Shown here: in pieces, positions 49,168 through 58,356 of the stretch
Layout: the number at the start of each line of letters is the position of its first letter
How positions within the stretch are numbered: the stretch's first letter is position 1
Assembly: GCA_963714085.1 (NCBI GenBank)
Contig: OY970229.1
Span: forward strand, 192,001 to 256,000
Direction: 5' to 3'
Origin: an uncultured Candidatus Micrarchaeota archaeon
Lineage (GTDB): Archaea > Micrarchaeota > Micrarchaeia > Anstonellales > Bilamarchaeaceae
Length of the DNA stretch: 64,000 nucleotides
Position numbers and translations under genes: made by a program
The notes under the pieces: generated by a model
What the model saw: only the letters and a program-made list of their open reading frames with translations
Told to the model about the DNA's origin: nothing
Databases searched by the model: none

Positions 49168-49656
49168 ATGACGCAGATATACCGAACCCTCGGGCCGGAG
49201 CTGTTCGCCCGGCGGCGGGGGGCGATGCGCCTCGGGCCGGATTCGGAAGGCCCTGCAGCGAAAAAGATGAAGCTGCTGATAATAGATTGCGACGCGAGGA
49301 TGGTCGAGAGGGGCAGGGAGCTTTTCCGCGAGGCTTGCGACATACCGGACGAGCTCCGGCACGTCCAGTCCGTCGAGGAAGCCAAAGCGCTCGTTGACCA
49401 TCACGGACCGGACATCATCCTGAGCGGCAGGAGAATCGGGGAGGACCTGTATGGCTGCAATGACGTGCTTTACCATGCCAAAACCCGAGACCCGGGCACC
49501 ATAGTGATCCTCTGGTGTGATTTTTCGAGGGGAGGAAACCCCCGGGAAAGCTCGGAGCGCGCTTATGACGCGATAGTGGACAGCAGGAACACCAACGAGG
49601 TCTGCAAAATCGTCGGATATTACTGCGGCGTGGACTTCGGAGGGGAAAGCGCGTAG
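49168..49656 (+). CDS. Stand-alone pseudo-receiver domain protein 2
   Basis: KLLIIDCD and PDIILSG; start set by the promoter motif. Confidence 0.8.
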   Translation: MTQIYRTLGPELFARRRGAMRLGPDSEGPAAKKMKLLIIDCDARMVERGRELFREACDIPDELRHVQSVEEAKALVDHHGPDIILSGRRIGEDLYGCNDVLYHAKTRDPGTIVILWCDFSRGGNPRESSERAYDAIVDSRNTNEVCKIVGYYCGVDFGGESA

Positions 49657-49707
49657 CGTCGCTCCCGGGCAGCATCATTAAAAGCTTTTTTACGTAACAA
49701 CACGCAC

Positions 49708-50232
49708 ATGAAACAGCGAAACGCACAGGCAGTGCCATCATCTGCCCCGGAACCGAAACCGACGGCCCTCGGGCCGAAAGAGAACGGCCCGAGCGGGAAA
49801 AGGATGAAGCTGGTCATAATAGACTGCGACCCGGAGATGGTCAGGCTGGGCAGGAATCTGCTCGGCGAGACCTGCGACATACCATCCATCGCGCGCGTCT
49901 CTTCGCTCGAGGAGGCGAAAAAGATCGTCGACGAGCAGAAGCCGGACGTCGTCATCATGGGCAAGAGGATAGACGACAGGCAGGACGCATGGCGCGACCT
50001 GCTCGCCCATATCAGATCCAAAGGCCAGGTCCCGGGCGCAAAGGTGGTCCTCTGGTCCAACGGCCTTACCGGCGGCGAGAACATGGAACGCGCGCGGTAC
50101 AGGTTCGACGCGGTGGTGCACAGCACGGATATCGAAGAGCTCGTCGGACTCGTCGAGTTCTACCGGGGGGCCGGCAGGGTTTGGGGCGAGATCCGGAGCC
50201 TCACAGAATCAGCGCAGGAACCAAACCATTAA
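49708..50232 (+). CDS. Stand-alone pseudo-receiver domain protein 3
   Basis: KLVIIDCD and PDVVIMG. Confidence 0.8.
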   Translation: MKQRNAQAVPSSAPEPKPTALGPKENGPSGKRMKLVIIDCDPEMVRLGRNLLGETCDIPSIARVSSLEEAKKIVDEQKPDVVIMGKRIDDRQDAWRDLLAHIRSKGQVPGAKVVLWSNGLTGGENMERARYRFDAVVHSTDIEELVGLVEFYRGAGRVWGEIRSLTESAQEPNH

Positions 50233-50258
50233 AAGCTCTCTTATACAACAATAGTAAC

Positions 50259-50735
50259 ATGACATTCAAACCAGTCCAGGCAGGGTCATCTGCCACGGGA
50301 GGGAGAGACAGGAAACGCGAGCCGGACTCCGAGGCCCCGATCATGAGAAAGGCGAAACTGCTGATAATAGACAGCGACCCGAAGATGATCGACTTGGGCA
50401 GGAAGCTGCTTGGCAAGACCTGCGACATACCCGAGGGCATCCCGCACGTCACGTCCCTCGAGGGAGCCAAGACGCTTGTGACCAAGCACAAGCCGGACAT
50501 CGTCCTGAGCGGCAAGACGATAGACGCCCACCCGGAGGCTTACTACGACCTGCTGGCCGATACCAAAGGCAGGTATCCGGACACAATGTTCGTCCTATGG
50601 TCCGGCGGCATTACCGGTGACGAGGATAGGGAAGGCGCAAGGTACAAATGCGACGCGATCGTGGAGCGGACGGACATCAACGGCATCCGGAACGCTGTCC
50701 TGCTTCTGAGCGCGGGAAAAGCCGCAAGTCATTAA
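50259..50735 (+). CDS. Stand-alone pseudo-receiver domain protein 4
   Basis: KLLIIDSD and PDIVLSG; start moved to ATG 50259. Confidence 0.8.
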   Translation: MTFKPVQAGSSATGGRDRKREPDSEAPIMRKAKLLIIDSDPKMIDLGRKLLGKTCDIPEGIPHVTSLEGAKTLVTKHKPDIVLSGKTIDAHPEAYYDLLADTKGRYPDTMFVLWSGGITGDEDREGARYKCDAIVERTDINGIRNAVLLLSAGKAASH

Positions 50736-50761
50736 AAACTTTTTTACACAACAGCATCAAC

Positions 50762-51214
50762 ATGAGATTCAAAACCGCTCATGCAGAGTCATTTGCCACG
50801 GAACGGAGAGCGGCGAGCATGGCTGAGCCCGAAGGAATCAGGAAGATGAAGACGCTGGTCATAATACACTACGACCCCGAGATGATCGGGCTGGGCATGA
50901 GGCTCTTCGGCAGGACCTGCGAGATACCCAAGGGCATCCTGTGTGTGAAGTCCTTGGATGCTGCCAAAGGGCTCGTGGACGCTCACAGGCCCGACATAGT
51001 CTTGGTCGGCAAAAGGATCGGGGATGGCCAGGACGGCACCTACGAAGTGCTCAGGTATGCCAAAGGCCAGAATGCCGACACCAAGGTGGTGCTGTGGTCC
51101 GGCATCCTGCACGGCGACGAGCGCAGGGAAGGCGGGGAGCACCAGTTTGACGAGATAGTGCCCAGGAAGGACCTCAACCGCATCCGCGAGGTCGTCGGGC
51201 GTTTCAGCGGATGA
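50762..51214 (+). CDS. Stand-alone pseudo-receiver domain protein 5
   Basis: TLVIIHYD and PDIVLVG; start moved to ATG 50762. Confidence 0.8.
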   Translation: MRFKTAHAESFATERRAASMAEPEGIRKMKTLVIIHYDPEMIGLGMRLFGRTCEIPKGILCVKSLDAAKGLVDAHRPDIVLVGKRIGDGQDGTYEVLRYAKGQNADTKVVLWSGILHGDERREGGEHQFDEIVPRKDLNRIREVVGRFSG

Positions 51215-51657
51215 GTGCCATGGGCGGAAAAACTATCATTGCGTCAGTCCCAAGAGTGAGAGAACCGGCTCCAAAGCTTCCCATGACGGATACCGTCAGG
51301 AGGACCCTGGTCATCATAGAGAAGAACAAGAACATGCTCACCGTCCTCTCCCACGGCCTGTCCAAAATCACGGACATCCCGGAAGGCCTCAAGCCTGTCT
51401 CCTCCCTCGCTGCGGCGCTCGCGCTGATAGACGAGCACAGGCCGGACATCGTGATATGCGACGAGGGTTTCGACCACAGGAACAGGACTGCGCCGCACAG
51501 CGTGCTCGGCCGCGCGAGGGAGCTGAACCCGCGCGCCAAGGTCGTCCTCTACGCGACCAGCCTGGCGCACGATGGCATGAACGGCTATGATGCGGTTATA
51601 GACCGGCTGTACCCGGACAGGGTGCAGCGGTTCGTGGAGGGCCTCGCCGGCCAATAG
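51211..51657 (+). CDS. Stand-alone receiver domain protein 6 (retains Asp)
   Basis: TLVIIEKN, PDIVICD and VVLYAT; overlaps the stop of protein 5. Confidence 0.75.
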   Translation: MSAMGGKTIIASVPRVREPAPKLPMTDTVRRTLVIIEKNKNMLTVLSHGLSKITDIPEGLKPVSSLAAALALIDEHRPDIVICDEGFDHRNRTAPHSVLGRARELNPRAKVVLYATSLAHDGMNGYDAVIDRLYPDRVQRFVEGLAGQ

Positions 51658-51680
51658 AACTAATCGCATGGGCAGGCAGG

Positions 51681-52145
51681 TCAGCTGCAGACTCCGCCAG
51701 TATCCGTGAACGAACCGGTCGGCCCGGAGCCCACGCAGAGCCGGTCGCTCTCCGACCCGTAGCCGCACCTGGCCCCGGCGATTTGCAGCACTTCGATGCC
51801 GCTCTGGTTGACCTCGTCGCGGCTGTAGGTGCAATGGAACTTTGTTCCGCCTGTTGTCTGGAGGTACATGGAGCAGATGTCCCCGTTCCAGCCCATGAGC
51901 GAGACGTCCGCGTCGCCTGCGACGACGTTTATCCCCATGACGGTCTGGTTCGTATACTCGTTGATCCAGAGCGGGTAGCGCGTATAGCAGTTCTGCAGCA
52001 TGCCCTGGATTGCCGCGTTGTCCACGACGGTCTTGTTATAGCCTACGGACATGTTGACGGAATTGAGGTTCACCGTGCAGCCCGGAAGCACGGACATGGC
52101 CGAGAGCAGGAGGACGAGCGCCAGGGAACCGGGGATGCGTCTCAT
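51681..52145 (-). CDS. Putative Cys-rich lipoprotein
   Basis: Start moved to ATG 52145; hydrophobic signal plus LPGC lipobox. Confidence 0.75.
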   Translation of the reverse strand: MRRIPGSLALVLLLSAMSVLPGCTVNLNSVNMSVGYNKTVVDNAAIQGMLQNCYTRYPLWINEYTNQTVMGINVVAGDADVSLMGWNGDICSMYLQTTGGTKFHCTYSRDEVNQSGIEVLQIAGARCGYGSESDRLCVGSGPTGSFTDTGGVCS

Positions 52146-52204
52146 GTATCCCCCTACCCGGATTACCCTTATAAACATTGGTCGATAGCAATATCCGTGA
52201 TTCC

Positions 52205-52633
52205 ATGTTCGGCCTGGGGGAAGGGAAGCTGGAGATTCTATTGCCAAAGGAGGATTTCAAGGTCGGCGAGAAGATAGCGGGCCAGGTCAAGCTGACGCTG
52301 AACTCGGAGAAGCAGGCGAACGGGGTCAAGCTGAAGCTCTCGATGCAGATGCCCTACATGGTGGGCAGGAGGATGGGCGGGGAGGGCTTCAGGGCTGGCC
52401 TTGGCGAGAGGGACCGCGGGGAGAGGATGGACATCGAAACCGTCTTCCAGAAGGAGATGGTGCTCGCGCCGGCAGGGAAGTTCTCGGGCACGTCCTCCTA
52501 TGATTTCGAATTCGACACCAGCGAGCTGTCGCAGTTCGTCCAGGCGGGCGCGGTGCTCAGCGTGGACGCGTTCCTGGACATCCCGTTCTCGCTCGGCTTC
52601 CGGCAGTCCAAGGCGCTCGTTATATCGCAGTGA
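52205..52633 (+). CDS. Arrestin-N/SpoOM-like beta-sandwich protein
   Basis: MFGLGEGKLEILL...F.VGE.I.G.V.L...Y.FEF...LDIPFS pattern. Confidence 0.55.
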   Translation: MFGLGEGKLEILLPKEDFKVGEKIAGQVKLTLNSEKQANGVKLKLSMQMPYMVGRRMGGEGFRAGLGERDRGERMDIETVFQKEMVLAPAGKFSGTSSYDFEFDTSELSQFVQAGAVLSVDAFLDIPFSLGFRQSKALVISQ

Positions 52634-52832
52634 GGGCCGGACATTGTTCGGCGGCGTGGTCGCCAACCCGGCACTCAACCCCTTGCACCCTTACGGCAGC
52701 GGCCTAGTGCTGGCCGAGTGCGCCATCATAGAGGCGTTCCTCTACGGGAGGATGTTCGAGCTGGACCCCAAGGAGGCTTTGCTCGTCTCGCTCTGCGCCA
52801 ATCTCGCCGGCGCCGCGCTGTTCTTCGCCTAG
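52634..52832 (+). pseudogene. Probable 3' relic of a membrane protein gene
   Basis: Hydrophobic reading frame (VLAECAIIEAFLY...ALLVSLCANLAGAALFFA-stop) without a convincing start. Confidence 0.4.
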
Positions 52833-52935
52833 CCCGCTCTCCGGCCCGATGGCGTGCCTCGCTATAATCGTGCATTTTCATGGAAAAAGCGGGTTTATAA
52901 ATTCTATGTCGTAGAGTATATCCATTGGTGTAATC

Positions 52936-53493
52936 ATGGCTGACACATTCATGAAAAGAGGATACGCGCAGGTGAAAAGACTCGCGAGAAGGCTGAGGAT
53001 AACATCAACGATGAAAGAAGGTGCGGAAAATGCCGGCGGGCGGGTCCGCGTATCGGTGCCGACTCCGGTTACAGTGCCATTGGTCACGGAAGGGCGCGGA
53101 GAGAAAGGCGGGCCGGGCAAGCACAATCCAGTGGCGATGTCTGTGCCCGAGATATACGTTAAATTGGTAGCGGTAACGCTGAATGGTGGCAATGACGAAC
53201 AGTTGTCCTGGTTTGCGGCGCATCTTCTATCCGAGCTCAAAACCAGTCACGGCGCCACAGGCACCTTCTCGCCTGCTGAGTTCATAAGCGCTTGTGAAGC
53301 CTGCATCTTCGCGCTACGGTCTGGAGTTCACTTAGATATGGAGACACCGGCGCATCAAGGCCCGTTTTTCAACCAGAAGTCTGCGCCGTTCGATGGCATC
53401 GTCTCGAGGCTCACCGGGATGCTCGGCCGGCCGGATTTCGCTGAGGAGATCGGCAGGATAAAGCCGGAGTTCGCACGGGACAAGAAGGAATGA
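52936..53493 (+). CDS. Hypothetical protein (related to the next ORF)
   Basis: TTTATAAA upstream; FAA.L...LK...F..ACE..I..L.SG motif. Confidence 0.7.
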   Translation: MADTFMKRGYAQVKRLARRLRITSTMKEGAENAGGRVRVSVPTPVTVPLVTEGRGEKGGPGKHNPVAMSVPEIYVKLVAVTLNGGNDEQLSWFAAHLLSELKTSHGATGTFSPAEFISACEACIFALRSGVHLDMETPAHQGPFFNQKSAPFDGIVSRLTGMLGRPDFAEEIGRIKPEFARDKKE

Positions 53494-53515
53494 TTTTTTT
53501 CCTGAGGGTGCGATC

Positions 53516-53911
53516 GTGGCGGAACAAATCACGAAACACGGGAACAGGAACGCGGACCCCGCGGCGCAGTCTCGGATGAGGCCATCGTTGACCGCGAAAG
53601 AGCGCGCGGAAAAACTGCCGGACGGCGGCGTGGCTGCGCTGCCAGCAGCCGAGATATGCGGCAGGCTGGACAACCTCAAGCGTAAAAAGGTATGCGAGTT
53701 CGCGGCGTTGCTTTCAAAGAGGCTGAAGGACGGGGACATGGTTTCCCAGAAAGGCTTCGCCGCAGCCTGCGAGCGCCTTATCTCCGACCTGGGGAGCGGC
53801 TTCGATGAGCGCAACGAGCCGGTAGGAAGCTACCTTGTCGGCTACAAGACCAGATTATTGAGAATCATGGCTTCGGACATAACCAAAGCGGTCTTCGGAT
53901 CAGACAACTGA
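53516..53911 (+). CDS. Hypothetical protein (related to the previous ORF)
   Basis: GAGGGTG SD, GTG start and the same motif. Confidence 0.7.
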   Translation: MAEQITKHGNRNADPAAQSRMRPSLTAKERAEKLPDGGVAALPAAEICGRLDNLKRKKVCEFAALLSKRLKDGDMVSQKGFAAACERLISDLGSGFDERNEPVGSYLVGYKTRLLRIMASDITKAVFGSDN

Positions 53912-53977
53912 CCTCCGCCCATCTTCCCGGACGCGCTCCTTCGCAATATTTTTAATCGCTCATCCCGAGTATCCTGC

Positions 53978-54355
53978 ATGGACAACCTGAGAACGAGGCT
54001 GGTCGACTCCTTGGGATTGGGGATATGTATCTGGCTCATGGGCTACATCGCGTCGCTCGTGCTCTTCTTCATCGTCCCGGCCAGCCTACTCGGGTGGGTC
54101 CTGTTCGTCATCTTCACCCCGCTGACGTTCTACATAGCGTACCTGAGGTTCGGGAAAAGGAGCGAGGACACGGGGTATTATCTCATGATAGGGGCGGTCT
54201 GGACGCTAATCGCCATCGTACTGGACTATCTCTTCGTAGTGGTCGCGTTCCACTCCGAGGCGTATTACAAGGCGGACGTGCTCGCGTACTACGCGATGAC
54301 GTTCCTGATACCGCTGTGGGTGGGGCGGAACTTCGAGAGCAAAAAGAGTAAATGA
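53978..54355 (+). CDS. Four-TM small membrane protein
   Basis: Four hydrophobic helices; LDYLF...YYK.DV..YY. Confidence 0.8.
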   Translation: MDNLRTRLVDSLGLGICIWLMGYIASLVLFFIVPASLLGWVLFVIFTPLTFYIAYLRFGKRSEDTGYYLMIGAVWTLIAIVLDYLFVVVAFHSEAYYKADVLAYYAMTFLIPLWVGRNFESKKSK

Positions 54356-54536
54356 AAAAGGATCTATTCCGCGAGCCAGCCGCGCGTCACCATGGCCCAT
54401 CTCGTTTTTTCCTTCGCTATAGCCAATGCGCCCGAATCGACTGTCCTTTCCCGTCGGGAGCGCATGCCCGCCGTATTATAAACCCTTTCTTGCATTATTA
54501 AGCACATTATCCGGAAGAGAACGACAGTGAAGCACT

Positions 54537-55658
54537 ATGCAGCAAGGAGACGATTTTTCGGTAATCGGATGGGCCTTCAATAAGGCGTACGAAGGAGTGA
54601 GCCGTGCCGGTTCTGCCATCGGTTCTAGGATCGGCAATGCTCTTAGCAAGCCTGCTGACCCAGACGCAGGGCTGCACGCCTTGGTAGCCGTCGTAGTCAT
54701 TGCCGGGCTGATCGGAGGCGGTTACGGATGCTGGGAAGGCTGCGAGGCTTACGACAAGTGGAGTTACAAACGGACGATGGAGAAAGACAAAGAGCGGAAG
54801 ATGGCGTACCAGGAAGGATTGCGGGAGCGCTTTCTTGCAGGCCAGGTGGATGGATGCCTGGTCAGAAGCGACAATATCTATGGTGACGCAGACGTGCTGT
54901 TGAAGGACGGCACTAAAAAGCGCCTTTTTCCTAATGAGATAGCTTTCTGTAACGAAGAGTTCCTTGTTGCTCGCGCCGTTGGAAAGGAGGAACTCATTTC
55001 GAAATATTGCCCTGGTTTGGATATCCGCGGAGTCCAGGTACTCGTTGCGAAAAATATCGGCACAGAAGATGGCGGCGCGCATGGGGGATGTAAACTGATA
55101 AAATCCATCTCTTTGGACACGCCAAAGTGCAATAATGGTTCTTATGAGCAATATGAGGCAAACAGATGCTACCGAAGTGCGCTGGGTTTGTATGGAGAGA
55201 ACAGCGATTACATCGTAGTGGGCTCATACGTAAGAGAAACGGTCATCTTCAAGCCAGGCCGTGCGCCTCCCGAACTTCTGGATTTAATGAAAGATCAGGA
55301 TGTCAGCTTGCGGGTCTTGGAAGATACGGAAATCCCCGGCTCCGGGAGCCGCAGGTCGCTTAAGTTAGATGCGAAGAAACCCGGACCAGAGGACACGATC
55401 AAGCTGGAGGACATCATTCCTGCCAGGAAAATCCCTGAAAAAAAGAATCCGCACCGCGGCCCTTGTACGATTAATGGCTATCCTTCTCCCCAGTACGGTG
55501 ATGAAGGAACGATGTATTGCGAGTTCCTTCGCAGAGTCGTAAATAAGCCCATCCAGGAAGTGCGCCGTGAGTATTATAAAAATTGCAGGAAGAGGCCGCA
55601 TTCCGAAGCAGGCAGGAATGCTTGCAGTACCGTACGATACCACCTGAAGCACGGCTAG
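54537..55658 (+). CDS. Hypothetical single-TM Cys-containing protein
   Basis: 373-aa ORF with one TM near residue 50. Confidence 0.7.
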   Translation: MQQGDDFSVIGWAFNKAYEGVSRAGSAIGSRIGNALSKPADPDAGLHALVAVVVIAGLIGGGYGCWEGCEAYDKWSYKRTMEKDKERKMAYQEGLRERFLAGQVDGCLVRSDNIYGDADVLLKDGTKKRLFPNEIAFCNEEFLVARAVGKEELISKYCPGLDIRGVQVLVAKNIGTEDGGAHGGCKLIKSISLDTPKCNNGSYEQYEANRCYRSALGLYGENSDYIVVGSYVRETVIFKPGRAPPELLDLMKDQDVSLRVLEDTEIPGSGSRRSLKLDAKKPGPEDTIKLEDIIPARKIPEKKNPHRGPCTINGYPSPQYGDEGTMYCEFLRRVVNKPIQEVRREYYKNCRKRPHSEAGRNACSTVRYHLKHG

Positions 55659-55689
55659 GGGCAGTAAAAAAATCGATAAAAAAATGAAT

Positions 55690-56802
55690 CTATTTCACTA
55701 GCCAGCCTCTCATCACCATGGCCTCGCGGACGCGCTCCTTCGCGATGGCCAAAGCGGCGGCGCGGGTGTCGTTGTCCTTCTGCGCGCGCTCGAGCATGAC
55801 CTTGGTGTTCTTGGAGATTTTCTCCTTCACGACGTTGAACATGGTCTTCTCGTCCCAGCCCTGCGTCTCGCAGTAGCTGGAGATCACTCCGCCGGCGTTC
55901 GCCACGAAGTCCGGGAGTATCACCACGCCCTGCTTCATGAGGATTTTCTCCACGTCGTACGGGATGGGCAGGTTCGCGCCCTGCGCGATGTACTTGGCCT
56001 TCACGCGGCCCACGTTCTCGTTCGTTATCACGTTCGGCCTCGCGCCCGGCATGAGGATGTCCACGTCCAGCTCGAACAGTGCTTTCGCGTCCTTCTTCTC
56101 AACGCCGTTGTGCGCGGTGACGGTCTTCTTCTCGGCCTTCACCTTCATCATGTCCTCGTACTTGAGGCCCGCCTTGCTGTACACCATGCCCTTGGAGTCC
56201 GAGATAGCGACGACCTTCGCGCCCCATTCCTCGAAGAACTTGTGGGCGAACATGCCCACGTTCCCGTAGCCCTCTATGGCCACGGTCTTCCCGTTCAGGC
56301 TCTCGCCCTTGAATTCCGTGGCTATCTTGGTGGAGAGGACCACGCCGTAGCCCGTGGAGCCGAGCTCGTGCGGGAGGCCGCCCATGCTCGAGGGCTTGCC
56401 CGTCACGGCGAGCGGCGTCTGCAGCTCGTCGGCTATGTAGGCCATCTCCCTCTCGGTCATGTTCATGTCAGGCCCCGCGATGTAGTGCTTCGGGATTATC
56501 TCTCCGACCTTGCGCGCGAACGCGCGCACGATGGCTTCTTTCTTCTCTAGAGTGAGATTCTTCGCATCGGCCTTGATCCCTGACTTCGCGCCCCCGAACG
56601 GGAGCTCGGCCATCGCGTTCTTCCATGTCATGGCGCGCGCGAGCCCCATGACCTCTTCCACGGTCACGTCGGGCTCCATCCTCACCCCGCCCTTGCCGGG
56701 TCCGCGCGCAGTGTTGTGCACGACGCAGACTCCCTGCATGCCGGTCTTCTGGTCGTATACCTCGAACACCCTCTCGAATCCGAACTCGTCTTCCTTCTTC
56801 AT
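55690..56802 (-). CDS. gdhA: Glu/Leu/Phe/Val (glutamate) dehydrogenase
   Basis: GPGKGGVR, MTWKNA, PFGGAKSG, GPDM, GYGNVG and PDFVANAGGV motifs; start moved to ATG 56802 after GAGG. Confidence 0.92.
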   Translation of the reverse strand: MKKEDEFGFERVFEVYDQKTGMQGVCVVHNTARGPGKGGVRMEPDVTVEEVMGLARAMTWKNAMAELPFGGAKSGIKADAKNLTLEKKEAIVRAFARKVGEIIPKHYIAGPDMNMTEREMAYIADELQTPLAVTGKPSSMGGLPHELGSTGYGVVLSTKIATEFKGESLNGKTVAIEGYGNVGMFAHKFFEEWGAKVVAISDSKGMVYSKAGLKYEDMMKVKAEKKTVTAHNGVEKKDAKALFELDVDILMPGARPNVITNENVGRVKAKYIAQGANLPIPYDVEKILMKQGVVILPDFVANAGGVISSYCETQGWDEKTMFNVVKEKISKNTKVMLERAQKDNDTRAAALAIAKERVREAMVMRGWLVK

Positions 56803-56982
56803 GGTTTCTCGCCTCAGGTTGTTTTGTCCTATATGGAATTTTAGCAGAACTTCCCCCGTAGTTTTTATAAATATGGCAGTCCTGGCTACGATGGATGACG
56901 AAAATGCGGGAATCGCGGCGCTTCCCCGTGCTTCTTGCTCTGCGCCTCCGAGGGGCTCTTTTCCCGGTCCGGATTTTGCTGG

Positions 56983-58001
56983 TGTAGTCACCTAACAGGT
57001 ATATTTATATATTTGTAGTCACCTAGATTAGCCATGCACGTCGAAATCCGGAAGGAGAGGGGTAGGAAAAAGTATTATCTGGCTTACTCATACCGAAAGG
57101 ATGGCAAAATCAGGAAAATAAGGGTGTATCTGGGCGAAGACTTATCGGAAAACCAGATAGAAGACAAGAGAGAAGAAGCCGAGATGAGGATAAGGGAGCG
57201 TCTCCAAAGCGCCAAACTCATCCATGACCCTTACCGCACCGTCCTGTCGCCTTCCGAGGCAGAAGAGCTTAAAAACCTCGAAGCCAGGGGAAAAGTCAAA
57301 CTATTGCATCTGAGCGAAGACGACTGGCGGAAGTTCACTGAAGCGTTCACTTACGACACCAATGCCATAGAGGGCTCGACCGTAACCGGAAAGGAGGTCG
57401 CTGGGATACTGGAAAAGAATAAATGGCCTGAAAAACCGAAAGGAGAGATTTCCGAGACGTATGGAGTCGCCGAAGCAGTTGCGCATATAAGGAAAACGAA
57501 AGAGCACGTATCCCTGGGATTGATGAAGGAACTGCACTGGATCGTATTCAGGAATTCGAAACCATTCGCGGGAAAGTTCAGGGAAAGAGGGATCGAGGTA
57601 GTCGTTGGGGATGCTTTCGGGAACGTCGTCCACAGGGGAGCGCCATCAAGCCAGGTAGCCCCCCTCCTGAAAGAATTGGAAGGATGGTATAAAAGAAACA
57701 GGCGCAAGTATCCTCCTCTTGTGCTGGCCGCGGTGGTGCATAACCAATTTGAGAATATTCATCCGTTCCAGGACGGGAATGGGCGAATCGGCAGGCTGCT
57801 TCTGATCAACATTCTTCTTAAGCATGGGTGCCCCCCGCTGAATATCGAGCTAAAAAACAGGAAAGAGTACTATGCCGCGTTACAGGCTTACCAAAATAGC
57901 CAAAACATCAGGCCGATGATCGAGCTGATGCTGAAGGAGTACCGTAAGCTCAAAAAGAACCTGAAAAAGAGGTGACTACAAAACGTAGGATCGTAGTCAC
58001 C
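56983..58001. repeat. Four copies of (T)GTAGTCACC(TA) bracketing the Fic gene
   Basis: 56983-56994 (+), 57014-57025 (+), 57970-57980 (-) and 57993-58001 (+). Confidence 0.9.
57034..57975 (+). CDS. Fic family protein with basic N-terminal beta-domain
   Basis: HPFQDGNGRIGR catalytic motif; TNAIEGS inhibitory-like motif. Confidence 0.95.
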   Translation: MHVEIRKERGRKKYYLAYSYRKDGKIRKIRVYLGEDLSENQIEDKREEAEMRIRERLQSAKLIHDPYRTVLSPSEAEELKNLEARGKVKLLHLSEDDWRKFTEAFTYDTNAIEGSTVTGKEVAGILEKNKWPEKPKGEISETYGVAEAVAHIRKTKEHVSLGLMKELHWIVFRNSKPFAGKFRERGIEVVVGDAFGNVVHRGAPSSQVAPLLKELEGWYKRNRRKYPPLVLAAVVHNQFENIHPFQDGNGRIGRLLLINILLKHGCPPLNIELKNRKEYYAALQAYQNSQNIRPMIELMLKEYRKLKKNLKKR

Positions 58002-58356
58002 CAGGATGACGAATAGGAAACGGGGCCTCTGCGCAGGCGCCTTGGCAGGGAGGCGGTTTCCGACCTGTTCTGATGCTCATATTTAAAAACTCTTTCAATA
58101 ACAATAGACATATCGAAAGGTGCAGGCTGAATGAACCGAAACGAACGAAACGGATGGAACCCTTCCGGCGCGTTCAGCTTTAGCTATTTTTATTTTGGCC
58201 GCTGCTGAAGCGGTCTGGGAATAACCCGGAATAGGAACCCGTTAATAAAAGCGCGTTCCGATCGGCCGGCTAAACCCCGGATGAAAAAAACCGCCCAGCG
58301 AGCGCTGGGCCTCTGTGTTTGTTTTCGTCTGGAGACAAAAAAAAACAAAGGTGATC

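Larger units (their letters stand above)
48588..50764 (+). promoter_or_regulatory. Five copies of a conserved promoter motif CATTAA(A/G)A(G/A)CTYT...AACA
   Basis: Copies begin at 48588, 49136, 49676, 50227 and 50730, each 32 nt before the ATG at 48620, 49168, 49708, 50259 and 50762. Confidence 0.85.
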
